Shown here piece after piece: positions 9,401-17,195 of a stretch of DNA of 30,861 nucleotides (the stretch's first letter is position 1; each line of letters starts with the position of its first letter). The translations under genes and the position numbers were made by a program. The notes beneath the pieces were generated by a model. That model was not told the DNA's origin and ran no database searches. It saw nothing but the letters and a program-made list of their open reading frames with translations. The stretch is from contig CBDUXS010000001.1 in assembly GCA_965371255.1 (NCBI GenBank), positions 1 through 30,861 on the forward strand, given 5' to 3'. The stretch is from an uncultured bacterium. GTDB lineage: Bacteria > Gemmatimonadota > Gemmatimonadetes > Palauibacterales > Palauibacteraceae.

Positions 9401-11451
9401 TTGTCCTCGACAACGCGCTCGCCTTTGCCTCCGAACTTGGCCTGCATCTGGGCACGGATTCCGTCGAAAAGGGTCGCCTCGTCCAGGCTCTCGCGCTTCA
9501 TCAGCGGCGAAATACGGAAGAATGCGCCCAGGAAAGCCGCCCCCTGCATGCGGTAACGCAACTCGGCGTCCGAAGCCTCGCTAGTGGCGATTTCGAACCC
9601 GTCGACTGCGTGGACCTGGATTCCGCGCTCGACGATCGTGCGGCGGGCACTTGTCGGGAAGGATTCCCAGACTTCCTCCGGGCTCCTGTCACTCTGGATG
9701 ACGAACACGCCGCCCGCCGCCAGCCCGGCGAGCGGATCGCCGTTGCGGAAGACATTGGGATCCGGTGACAGGACGACGTCCACGTATCGGAGTTCCGCGT
9801 TGATCCGGAGCGGTTCTCGCGACAGCGTCGCATAGAAGTTCGTGGGTTGCCCCTTCTTCTCCGATCCGTACTTGGGATTCGCCTTTACGTTCAGACCCAG
9901 GAGTTCGAACGCCGTGAGCGCGATGTTCTTGCCCATCGTGATCGCCCCCCATCCACCGATCGAGTGGATGCGGAGCGAAATCGAATCCTCCGGCAACAGG
10001 TTCACATCGTCCGCGGGAGGCAGCGCCAGCCCAGAAATGTGCGGGTAGGCTTCCAGCAGCTGCTCCTGCCAGATCTGGAGCTTGGGAGCCTTCGTGTCCC
10101 GATGGATGAAGTCGATGGAGAGGTAGTACTGACGCAGACCCTTGCCCTCGGGCAGCATGTTGTCTACGGCAGCCAGCAGATCAGCGGGTTGCAGGTCGCG
10201 GCTCCCGAACCCGAAGCCCGCCGAATAGAACTCCGGCATGTCGTCGGGCGACACCGGAGTGAGACCGGCGTAGGGAGTCCCGCTCCGGGCCCGCCAGTTC
10301 TCCATCCCCTGGGCCAGGGCGACGCGGATCTCCCGCAGCAACGGCGCCTCTACAGCCAGGGGCTGATCGGTCCGCTCGAGTACGGTGACCGCTCGCTTGC
10401 CGTGCAGCAGGGCCGTCACGAGATCGGCCGGGAAGGGACGGAACATCGTCAGGTTGAGAACGCCCACCTTCAGACCGCGCTCGGCTCGCAGATAGTCGGC
10501 CACCGCCTCGGCGTTGGGCACGACCGACCCCTGGCCAGCCAGCACGTAGTCGGCGTCGTCGAGCCGGTATCCTGATGCCCGGCGGTACATGCGGCCCGTG
10601 AGCTTCTCGTATTCCTCCATGGCCCGGTCGGTCAACTCGGCCACGTGGTCGAAGTAGTACGGCCGCTGCGCTGCGACACCCTGGGCGTACGATTCCTGAT
10701 TCTGAATCACTCCGAACATCGCCGGATAGTCCAGGTCGAACATCTCCGGAATGCGCCGTCGTGTGGCGCCGTACACGAGGCGCTGGGCGGGTGTCGGGCA
10801 ATCGATCACATCCGCGGGGTCGCCCAGGTACTCCTTGATCAGCTCCCGCTCGGGAAGCCGGATGGACTCGATTACGTGACTGGTGAGAAACCCATCCTGC
10901 GCGCTCATTCCCGGGTTGAGCGACAGTTCGGCGATCCTGTGCGCGATCAGCGTGAGGTCAGCTGATTCCTGAACGTCTTTGGCGAACAACTGGAAGAAAC
11001 CCGTGTCGTCGATCGCGTGGTAGTCGTCGTGGCCGGCATGCACGTTGAGGGCATGTTTGGTCATCGCACGCGCCGCGACATTGAGCACGTAGGTAAGGCG
11101 CTTGCCGACGGCCGCGTATAGCGACTCGTGCATGTACGCGATTCCCTGGCCGCTCGAGAAATTGGCAGCCCGCAGCCCCATCATGCTCATGCCGGCCGTC
11201 ACCGCAGCCGCAGCGTGCTCCCCCTCCGGCTCGAAGAAAATCAGCCGTCGCCCGTTCACGTTTCTCTTGCCTGCGGCGACTGCTACCGCCCAGCCCTCAC
11301 CCATCTGCGTGGACGGCGTGATCGGATAGGCGCCCGCCGCCTCGCTGGCGGCCGTCTCCATCGCCACGACGGCCTCGCTCCCGTCCATCGCCTCCAGGAT
11401 GCCCGGATACCTGGGCGGGGCGGGTTCGACGTTGCGGCTACGCTTCAACAT
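6436..11451 (-). CDS. nifJ: NifJ-type pyruvate:ferredoxin oxidoreductase, enlarged (1671 aa), with fused C-terminal ferredoxin
   Basis: YPITPST, NVAARAM, CTGCSQCWIQCP, CKGCNICVDVCP, GACMGCGE, STGCSSVWG, GGDGAMLD, YSNTGGQ, PCP. Equivalents of the pyruvate-binding Thr/Arg/Asn are present. C-terminal CTTCDDC...KCP. Confidence 0.92.
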   Translation of the reverse strand: MLKRSRNVEPAPPRYPGILEAMDGSEAVVAMETAASEAAGAYPITPSTQMGEGWAVAVAAGKRNVNGRRLIFFEPEGEHAAAAVTAGMSMMGLRAANFSSGQGIAYMHESLYAAVGKRLTYVLNVAARAMTKHALNVHAGHDDYHAIDDTGFFQLFAKDVQESADLTLIAHRIAELSLNPGMSAQDGFLTSHVIESIRLPERELIKEYLGDPADVIDCPTPAQRLVYGATRRRIPEMFDLDYPAMFGVIQNQESYAQGVAAQRPYYFDHVAELTDRAMEEYEKLTGRMYRRASGYRLDDADYVLAGQGSVVPNAEAVADYLRAERGLKVGVLNLTMFRPFPADLVTALLHGKRAVTVLERTDQPLAVEAPLLREIRVALAQGMENWRARSGTPYAGLTPVSPDDMPEFYSAGFGFGSRDLQPADLLAAVDNMLPEGKGLRQYYLSIDFIHRDTKAPKLQIWQEQLLEAYPHISGLALPPADDVNLLPEDSISLRIHSIGGWGAITMGKNIALTAFELLGLNVKANPKYGSEKKGQPTNFYATLSREPLRINAELRYVDVVLSPDPNVFRNGDPLAGLAAGGVFVIQSDRSPEEVWESFPTSARRTIVERGIQVHAVDGFEIATSEASDAELRYRMQGAAFLGAFFRISPLMKRESLDEATLFDGIRAQMQAKFGGKGERVVEDNVRVIRRGFDELTPVPHGDVGTDEPGEHAMPELPSRLNVPQAQPGVGNPGRFWEQVCAFCATTGEDVIADPFAAISAIPAATSSVRDMTNIRFEIPEFIADKCTGCSQCWIQCPDAAIPGVVNTVEEVIDAAIATASNGRAFNRLTQISGHLGRESRKIMQGVPFTTFGDVLTSAYQNVIEKLDWDAERRKAVDEEFAAVFPHIAGFPLARTRPFFGLPESREKGTGGLLSITVNPMACKGCNICVDVCPEGALITVRQDDENVAQLRRNWRLWENLPDTDDRYVNISNLDEGIGVLSSLLLKKKNYGSMVGGDGACMGCGEKTAVHILVSTIEGLMIPRVEALVARLDDLLERLDRKARELVGSHADVAGLSQAEGDHVDVSLDAAAGERLRLLNRAIDELKDLRWRYVEGPGGQGRAPMGISNSTGCSSVWGSTYPYNPYPFPWVNHLFQDAPSIAIGLFEGHMRKMADNFISIRRAELLARDEYDADEHEPFFGAFDWTQFDDDEFHLCPPILAMGGDGAMLDIGFQNLSRLLASGKPIRVVVLDTQVYSNTGGQSCTSGFTGQIADMAAYGQVQHGKEETRKEMALIALAHRGAYVLQTSQASASHMMQGILRGLNSRRPAVFNIYTPCPVEHGVADEWAPHSAKLALESRAFPFLVYDPDAGDTVADCLDLEGNPDVEDAWPSYELAYVDDEGAERTMDLPLTIADWAATEGRFRKHFRPIPDDADEDYLPFHEYFDLSADEREDHAPFVYTLRDDRRLDRLSVSSEIVELAEDRQLFWSQLKELAGLDTAHLEAEFEIRAEAIRSDYESRIKELKADYPKLVARRLAAGLLGAGDGNRTIEDLLREAASAPPVSFNSARGADLVEPFAGDSTGTASVTEQAAVATAPAAEPETEDDDEDLAMAPYIETALCTTCDDCLDINKKLFAYDDNKQAYIKDAAAGTFAQLVKAAEKCPAAIIHPGTPLNPREKDLDKWIERARPFN

Positions 11452-12299
11452 CTTGCTTCACTTTCAACCAGTTCCAGATCCGGAAAGACTTGCGCCCCAT
11501 CTACCCAGACGATCGCGTTCGTCGGGCAACGGGCGATCGCGGCCGGGTTCTCCAGTTCGATCCGCTCGTAGTCAATCACTGCGAGGCCCGAGCGCATCTC
11601 GATCAGCCCGGGATCCGCGTCCGCCACGCAGCGGCTGCAGGCGTTGCAGGCGACCGAGCAGACCGATGTTGCCGCCTCGCCGTCGAGCAGGTTTCGGCAC
11701 TGGACGATCAGGTGGTGGTGTTCCGGCATCAGCACGAACAGGTCGAGCGGGCAGGCGACCACGCAGTCATTGCACGCAGTACAGTTTTCCGGAATGACTA
11801 CCGGCAAGCCGAAGGACGTCATGCGGATCGCCTCGAACGTGCACGCGACCGCGCAGTCGGCCAGACCGACACAACCCCACGCGCATCCCTTCCCGCCTCC
11901 GCTGACGGACACGGCCGCGGCACAGCTCTCGAGGCCATAGTACTCGGCCTTCTGAACTGCTACATCAGATCCGCCGGCGCACAACAGACGGGCAACCCGC
12001 TTTTCCACTTCGCCCGCCTCCACTCCGAGCGTTTCCGCAAATTCCTCGACCTCGAACTCGCCCATCACCGTGCACTCGGCCGGGACCACGTCACCGTGGA
12101 TCGCAGCCTCCGCGAACGCCCGGCAGCCGACGTAGCCGCAGGCTCCGCAGTTCACGCTGGGCAGGATGTCGGACAGCAGATCGATCCGTGGATCTTCCCA
12201 TACCTTGAGCTTCCAGTGGGCCAGCGCGATCAACATTCCGAAGGTGAGGCCTACCCCACCCAGAATCGCTACCGGCGTCAGAAACGAGGCGACATCCAC
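11445..12299 (-). CDS. rnfB: Rnf complex subunit B (membrane-anchored polyferredoxin)
   Basis: N-terminal TM helix, EDPR, LPSVNCGACGYVGC, CAWGCVGLADCAVAC, CTACNDCVVACP. The terminal ferredoxin domain is partly degenerate. Confidence 0.93.
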   Translation of the reverse strand: MDVASFLTPVAILGGVGLTFGMLIALAHWKLKVWEDPRIDLLSDILPSVNCGACGYVGCRAFAEAAIHGDVVPAECTVMGEFEVEEFAETLGVEAGEVEKRVARLLCAGGSDVAVQKAEYYGLESCAAAVSVSGGGKGCAWGCVGLADCAVACTFEAIRMTSFGLPVVIPENCTACNDCVVACPLDLFVLMPEHHHLIVQCRNLLDGEAATSVCSVACNACSRCVADADPGLIEMRSGLAVIDYERIELENPAAIARCPTNAIVWVDGAQVFPDLELVESEARC

Positions 12300-12311
12300 G
12301 GATCGATCCCC

Positions 12312-13334
12312 TCAGGCGCCGGGTGCGAGGTCGGCCTGCTGCAGGAGCCAGCCTGCCAGGCGGTCTATGGGATCATCGTCTTTCCGTCCCTCCTGTCCGG
12401 CGACGACCGACGACGCGGGAGCCGCGGAATTCGATGGCCGGGTGCTCGCCAGTTCGCCGAGATGTGCGAGATCCTCCGTCTGACGGAAGCTCGACAGGGA
12501 TCCGATGGCATGCAGGGTCCCGGGATCAGGGAGTTCACCGACCGAGAGCCGATCGGCGTAGACGGCACCGGCATCCGGATCATGAACGAAGGGGATCAGC
12601 CCTTCGGAACCCACGGCGGCGACGGCGGGCCCGGAAAACGAGGCCACGCGGGCGAGGTCATCGGCCTCGTGGGTCTGTACGACGAGCACGTGCGGCGACA
12701 CCAGGCGCGCGAGCGGCGCAGGCGCCGCCGTGCCGCGCACCACGAGAACGATCTTTTGCGCCCCGTCGAGAAACTCTGCCAGGGCAGCCGTGTCGAGGTC
12801 GCTGCCATTCACATCGATGAACAGCGGTGGCGCCACGGCCCGTTCGCCGCGACTCCACAGCGAAAAGGCGTAGCCGTGAGGAAGGCTTCCGGGATCCAGT
12901 GCCGAGCCGTGGCCATCCAGCAACGGCGCCACCTGCCGAATCACTCCGAACACGCGCCCAACCTCGGCCAGGGTCTTCGCCGCAGTGTCCCGCAGATCTC
13001 CCCCCGACGGGACACGGGCGCACAACAGATCCGTGCCCCTGGATTCGGCAGCCGTGAGCGTTTCGAGGGCCCGCTCAACATGACGCAGGTCATCCGTCTC
13101 GAGAGTCTCGGGTGGCGCAAGAAGGGCCGAAAAGAGCCTCGCATCGACGTGACCGGCACCGAACGCTCCGAGTTCCGCGGCTACGAGCTCCTCGGGCTCG
13201 CCACGGGATGTCCCGTGCCGGACGAGAAATGCCCGCAAGTCCTCGATCGCCCGGGCAAGCGACGAGTGGAAGGCCTCAGATGGCGCCTGCATCGCCGCGA
13301 GCGCCTCCGTCATCAGCGAATCTTCAGACGGCAT
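12312..13334 (-). CDS. Hypothetical protein; degenerate paralog of the PFOR C-terminal (TPP-binding) region
   Basis: Intact 340-aa ORF overlapping the korB stop. Collinear motif matches to the neighbouring PFOR, e.g. PFVHDPDAG vs FLVYDPDAG. Lacks GDG, YSNTGGQ and the cluster Cys. Confidence 0.8.
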   Translation of the reverse strand: MPSEDSLMTEALAAMQAPSEAFHSSLARAIEDLRAFLVRHGTSRGEPEELVAAELGAFGAGHVDARLFSALLAPPETLETDDLRHVERALETLTAAESRGTDLLCARVPSGGDLRDTAAKTLAEVGRVFGVIRQVAPLLDGHGSALDPGSLPHGYAFSLWSRGERAVAPPLFIDVNGSDLDTAALAEFLDGAQKIVLVVRGTAAPAPLARLVSPHVLVVQTHEADDLARVASFSGPAVAAVGSEGLIPFVHDPDAGAVYADRLSVGELPDPGTLHAIGSLSSFRQTEDLAHLGELASTRPSNSAAPASSVVAGQEGRKDDDPIDRLAGWLLQQADLAPGA

Positions 13335-14274
13335 GGCGGTCGAGCTCCTCGTTCAGGATGGCGACTTTCTCGGCCGCGGTCTTTGCCGGCGCGCGCCGCA
13401 TCTGCTCGTAAATCGGCAAAGACTCGTTTCGGTACAGAATCCCGATGCGAACCTTGTCCTCGTCCTCCGCCAGTCGTCGGGCCTCGTCAAGGTCGGACGG
13501 ATCATGCCGCACACGGTCCTGGTAGCGAGACTCGAGCGCCTTGATGTCCAACCCATCCTCGTGGACAAGGAGCTGCACGGAATCCGGGTTTTTGGGGGCG
13601 TCGCCGAACATGTCCGGCGTAAAGTGCGGACATCGCTGAAGGACGCGCACGAAAGAAAACCCCGGATGGTGATATGCCGCCTGCAGGGTTGCAAACAGGT
13701 GAGCCGGGATCCACTCGGCCGTCTGGGCCACGAAAGAGGCGTTCGTGATTCCGAGCGAGGCGACCACCGGGTTGATCGGCGGTAACCAGCTTCCCTGCGG
13801 TTGCGTGTTGCTCACGTATCCCTGAGGCGTGGTCGGGGACGTTTGCTTCTTGGTCATTCCGTAGATCTGGTTATCGAGCAGCAGCGCGACCATGCCCACG
13901 TTGTAGCGAATCGCGTGCACCCAGTGCCCGGCTCCGATCGAGACGCAGTCCCCGTCCCCCATCACGACGAACACGCTCAGGTCCGGCCGGTGGAGCTTGA
14001 CACCCGTGGCGATCGGGAGGGCCCGGCCGTGGATGCCGTGGAACCCGTACGTGCTCATATAGTGGGGAAACCGGCTCGAACAACCGATGCCGGACACAAA
14101 GACCGTCTTCTCGGGAGGGAGGTTTTCCTCGGCGAGCAGTCGCTGCATGGAGGCAAGGACCGAATGGTCACCACAGCCCGAGCACCAGCGGGCCTGCGCC
14201 CCTTCGTAATCGGACATGCCGAACTCGCGATCGTACTCTCCCGCAATCTGTAACAGCGAACAGGCCATGCTCAC
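13324..14274 (-). CDS. korB: 2-oxoacid:ferredoxin oxidoreductase beta subunit (TPP-binding); substrate not certain
   Basis: WCSGCGD, SGIGCSSR, HGIHGRALPIATG, MGDGD, DNQIYGMTKKQTSPT, QRCP. GTG start overlaps the korA stop with GGAGG upstream. Confidence 0.9.
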   Translation of the reverse strand: MSMACSLLQIAGEYDREFGMSDYEGAQARWCSGCGDHSVLASMQRLLAEENLPPEKTVFVSGIGCSSRFPHYMSTYGFHGIHGRALPIATGVKLHRPDLSVFVVMGDGDCVSIGAGHWVHAIRYNVGMVALLLDNQIYGMTKKQTSPTTPQGYVSNTQPQGSWLPPINPVVASLGITNASFVAQTAEWIPAHLFATLQAAYHHPGFSFVRVLQRCPHFTPDMFGDAPKNPDSVQLLVHEDGLDIKALESRYQDRVRHDPSDLDEARRLAEDEDKVRIGILYRNESLPIYEQMRRAPAKTAAEKVAILNEELDRHAV

Positions 14275-16208
14275 TCCGAGCCTCCTTCGGACAGGTTGGA
14301 GCGAATCACATCGAGGATCACCCCCGGACGCAGCGGCTCGCCGAGCACGCGGGTCCAGCAGTCCACGTCACACAAGGTCTGGGCCCGCAGGAGCCAGGTG
14401 AGCTGCCCGCGGCGGCGGTTTTCATCGGTGATGTATGGCATGTCCGGATCGTCGCTGTAGTTGATCTCGATGGTCATCACTTTCTTGAATCGGCCAAAAA
14501 TCTCCTTCAGGCCGGGCTCGAGCGGAGACAGGAAGCGCAGGTGAAGGCTGGAAACAGACAGGCCTTCGTCGTTTGCCCGGTCGACTGCCTCCTCGATCGC
14601 GCCCTTCGTGGATCCCCAGCCGACAAGCAGTAGGTCACCGGATTCGTCGCCGTTCACGGTTGGCGGCACGAGCGAGCGCTGCAGCACGGCCAACTTGCGG
14701 CTTCGCATGGCACTGCCCCGCTGATTGACCTCCGACGTGTAGGCGACTTTGCTCCCCTCGTCGTGCGCGAGCCCCGTCACTGTGTGCATGCCTCCCGGCT
14801 GACCCGGGATGAACCGACGGGACAGGCCCGTGCGGGAATCCCAGTCATAGGGCCTGAGGTTGTCGGGAATCGGGCTCTGGTCTGGGGCGGGCGCTTGCCA
14901 GGCAGTGTCCAGTTCGGGGCGGTGGAAGGGCTGGACACCAGTCGCCAGATTCGTATCCGACAGGACCATGACGAGCGTGCGGAAAGTCTCGGCAATCCGC
15001 CGCGCCGTAATCATCACGTGAAAACACTCTTCTATCGTGGCCGGCGCGATGATCACATGAGGGGCATCGCCCGGCTGCCCGAACATTGCGGCGAGCAGGT
15101 CGGACTGCTCGATCTTCGTTGGGAGGCCGGTGCTGGGGCCTCCACGTTGCACGTTTACGAGGACGAGCGGGATCTCGGTCATCACGGCGAGACCGAGGAA
15201 CTCCGTCTTGAGTGCCAGTCCGGGTCCGGACGTGATCGTGAATGCAACCTTGCCGCTGTATGAAGCCCCCAGCGCTACGCCAGCGGCGGCGATTTCATCT
15301 TCAGCCTGGTGAATGATCCCACCGTAATGCTGGAAGACGCTGCCGAGATGATGAGATACCGAACTGGCAGGAGTGATGGGATACATCGCGGCGAGCTCCA
15401 TGCCCGACGCGATCGCGCCCATCGCGATGGCCTGGTTGCCGTTCATCACGACCATCGCCTCGTCCGTCACGGCTGTGGGTACGCGGATACGAAAGTCGAG
15501 GTTGTTGCGAGCCCAGTCGATGCCCGCATCCAGCATGAGGAAGTTCCGATCGATGATCGCCTGGCTCTTTTTCTTGAACACGAAGGCGATCTGCTTGCGG
15601 ACCAGCTCGGCGTCTCGCCCGTAGATCTCCGTCAGCATGCCGAGGGCAAACATGTTCTTGCCCAGTGTCGGATCCTCGACCAACTGTGCGCACACCTCGT
15701 GCATCGGGACCTCAATGATCCGATAACTCGTATTTGAGAGCTCTTCGAGGGCCGCACGCCACTCGGCCTGAATGTCCTCGTCCGGGTGGTCCGCCCACCG
15801 ATTCTCGAGCAGGATGACCGCGTCGTGTTCGAGCGCCCCGAGGCGATGCCGATACAACAGGACCTGCTCGTTGAACGCTATTACGAGGTTGGTACGATCT
15901 CCCCAGTTCGTTACCGGCCCGGAACCGAGGCGGATGCGGTTTCCGCTGGCAGCGGTGGGATTTCGCGGGGGAGGCTGCACCTCGGAGGGGATGATTTCTA
16001 CCGTCCACACCCCGTTTCCCATCTTGGCGGACACGGTGCCGAACAACTGACCACAGCGCTGCGCCCCCTCACCGGGGTCGGACACGACCTCAACGGTGTG
16101 GGAAGAGGTTTCCAGCGTTTTCGACTCGGGCGCAGCGGGAGCATCCAATTCGAGCATTGGAAGTCTAGTCATCATGCCAGATTTCGCCGTGTTTCGCATT
16201 CGCGTCAT
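14271..16208 (-). CDS. korA: 2-oxoacid:acceptor oxidoreductase alpha subunit (gamma-alpha fusion)
   Basis: MNGNQAIAMG, YPITP, QAEDEIAA, TSGPGLALKTE, VQRGGPSTGLPTK-EQSD, VGWGST. The exact start is uncertain (16208, 16199, 16175 or 16157). Confidence 0.9.
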   Translation of the reverse strand: MTRMRNTAKSGMMTRLPMLELDAPAAPESKTLETSSHTVEVVSDPGEGAQRCGQLFGTVSAKMGNGVWTVEIIPSEVQPPPRNPTAASGNRIRLGSGPVTNWGDRTNLVIAFNEQVLLYRHRLGALEHDAVILLENRWADHPDEDIQAEWRAALEELSNTSYRIIEVPMHEVCAQLVEDPTLGKNMFALGMLTEIYGRDAELVRKQIAFVFKKKSQAIIDRNFLMLDAGIDWARNNLDFRIRVPTAVTDEAMVVMNGNQAIAMGAIASGMELAAMYPITPASSVSHHLGSVFQHYGGIIHQAEDEIAAAGVALGASYSGKVAFTITSGPGLALKTEFLGLAVMTEIPLVLVNVQRGGPSTGLPTKIEQSDLLAAMFGQPGDAPHVIIAPATIEECFHVMITARRIAETFRTLVMVLSDTNLATGVQPFHRPELDTAWQAPAPDQSPIPDNLRPYDWDSRTGLSRRFIPGQPGGMHTVTGLAHDEGSKVAYTSEVNQRGSAMRSRKLAVLQRSLVPPTVNGDESGDLLLVGWGSTKGAIEEAVDRANDEGLSVSSLHLRFLSPLEPGLKEIFGRFKKVMTIEINYSDDPDMPYITDENRRRGQLTWLLRAQTLCDVDCWTRVLGEPLRPGVILDVIRSNLSEGGSE

Positions 16209-16211
16209 CGG

Positions 16212-16233
16212 GCGCTGAGCAAAAACTCAGCGC
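16212..16233 (-). promoter_or_regulatory. Perfect 8-bp hairpin in the predicted 5' UTR of the korA-rnf operon
   Basis: GCGCTGAG-CAAAAA-CTCAGCGC, ending 3 nt upstream of the first possible korA ATG. Confidence 0.45.
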
Positions 16234-16323
16234 ACCTATATCAGCGCGTTTCCGGACATGTTTCGGATAAGCAGACCGTCGGCCCGAAAACCACCGTCAA
16301 AAGCCGCCTTGAAACGATAATAG

Positions 16324-16352
16324 ATAATAGGATCTACTTATCTAAGTTACAA
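16324..16352 (-). promoter_or_regulatory. sigma70-type promoter for the kor/por/rnf operon, overlapped by a palindrome
   Basis: Minus strand TTGTAA (16352-16347), 17-nt spacer, TATTAT (16329-16324), in an AT-rich patch. Inverted repeat TAGATAA-N10-TTATCTA at 16321-16344. Confidence 0.65.
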
Positions 16353-16403
16353 GAGGACAGGGGTATGCTTGTGATATGTGCCAGGAATTTGAGGCGACGA
16401 GTT

Positions 16404-17006
16404 TCAGCAGGCGCAGTCGTCCCCTCGCCAGGCGCGCCTCGCCTCGAATGCGATGATCGGGATCATCGCAAGCGCCGCCATGGGGTCGGCCCACCACCAG
16501 CCCAGCAAGGCGTTGAGTCCGAGGCCCGCGAGCAAAATCGCGGAAAGATACGCGCAAAGGTCTGTCTGGCGGGAATCGGCCCTCAGCGCGGCGCTATCCA
16601 AGCCCGCGGCAACTCGCCGCTTTGCCCGCGCCAGCACAGGCATCACGACGAGCGACACGGCCGCGAGGACAATTCCGACGATGCTGTCGTCCGGGGCCGA
16701 CTGCTCTCGCAGGGTCAGGACGGACTCGACGCCGATATAGGCGGCGAGAGCCACGAAGCTTGCCGCCACGAGTCGTTGGGCCACTCGCTCCCGCGCCTCA
16801 CCCGACTCCGGGTCCGCCAGGCGCCACAACAGCACGCCGCCGGACAGGCTCTCGATGAGCGAGTCGATGCCGAACCCGATGAGCGCCGTGCTGCCGGCTG
16901 CGAATCCAGCCAACCCGGCGACCACCGCCTCGATGAGGTTCCAGCCCAGTGTGAAGTACTCGAGCCGGCGGCCCCGACGGGTGAGGGCGTCGCGCCGATC
17001 AGGCAC
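16404..17006 (-). CDS. Cation diffusion facilitator family transporter, transmembrane domain only
   Basis: LEYFTLGWNLIEAVVA, ALIGFGIDSLIE, ALRADSRQTDLCAYLS, GWWWADP; six TM segments, no cytosolic C-terminal domain, ends CAC. Confidence 0.85.
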   Translation of the reverse strand: MPDRRDALTRRGRRLEYFTLGWNLIEAVVAGLAGFAAGSTALIGFGIDSLIESLSGGVLLWRLADPESGEARERVAQRLVAASFVALAAYIGVESVLTLREQSAPDDSIVGIVLAAVSLVVMPVLARAKRRVAAGLDSAALRADSRQTDLCAYLSAILLAGLGLNALLGWWWADPMAALAMIPIIAFEARRAWRGDDCAC

Positions 17007-17012
17007 CCTGCT

Positions 17013-17195
17013 CTACGCTCGGGTCTCTTTCCAGAGCAGCAGCGACAGGCTCCCGAATACGAGAACGACGAGCACACTAGGCCACATCGGGACTTCCAGC
17101 GTGCCCACCACGAACGCCCAGCCGAGCACCAGACGTAACAAGTGGCCAAAAGCGATGATTGCGAAGATGATCGCGGCGATGAGTGTCGGTTTCAT
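17013..17195 (-). CDS. 60-aa two-TM membrane protein
   Basis: MKPTLIAAIIFAIIAFGHLLRLVLGWAFVVGTLEVPMWPSVLVVLVFGSLSLLLWKETRA; AGGAGG RBS; stop lies 6 nt before the CDF start. Confidence 0.75.
   Translation of the reverse strand: MKPTLIAAIIFAIIAFGHLLRLVLGWAFVVGTLEVPMWPSVLVVLVFGSLSLLLWKETRA

Noticed and set aside
11490-13544. 684-aa plus-strand ORF, and similarly 5111..6607, 7012..8256, 15786..17138 and 18033..19829
   Set aside because: Antisense shadows of well-supported minus-strand genes, expected at high GC; no motifs or RBS.
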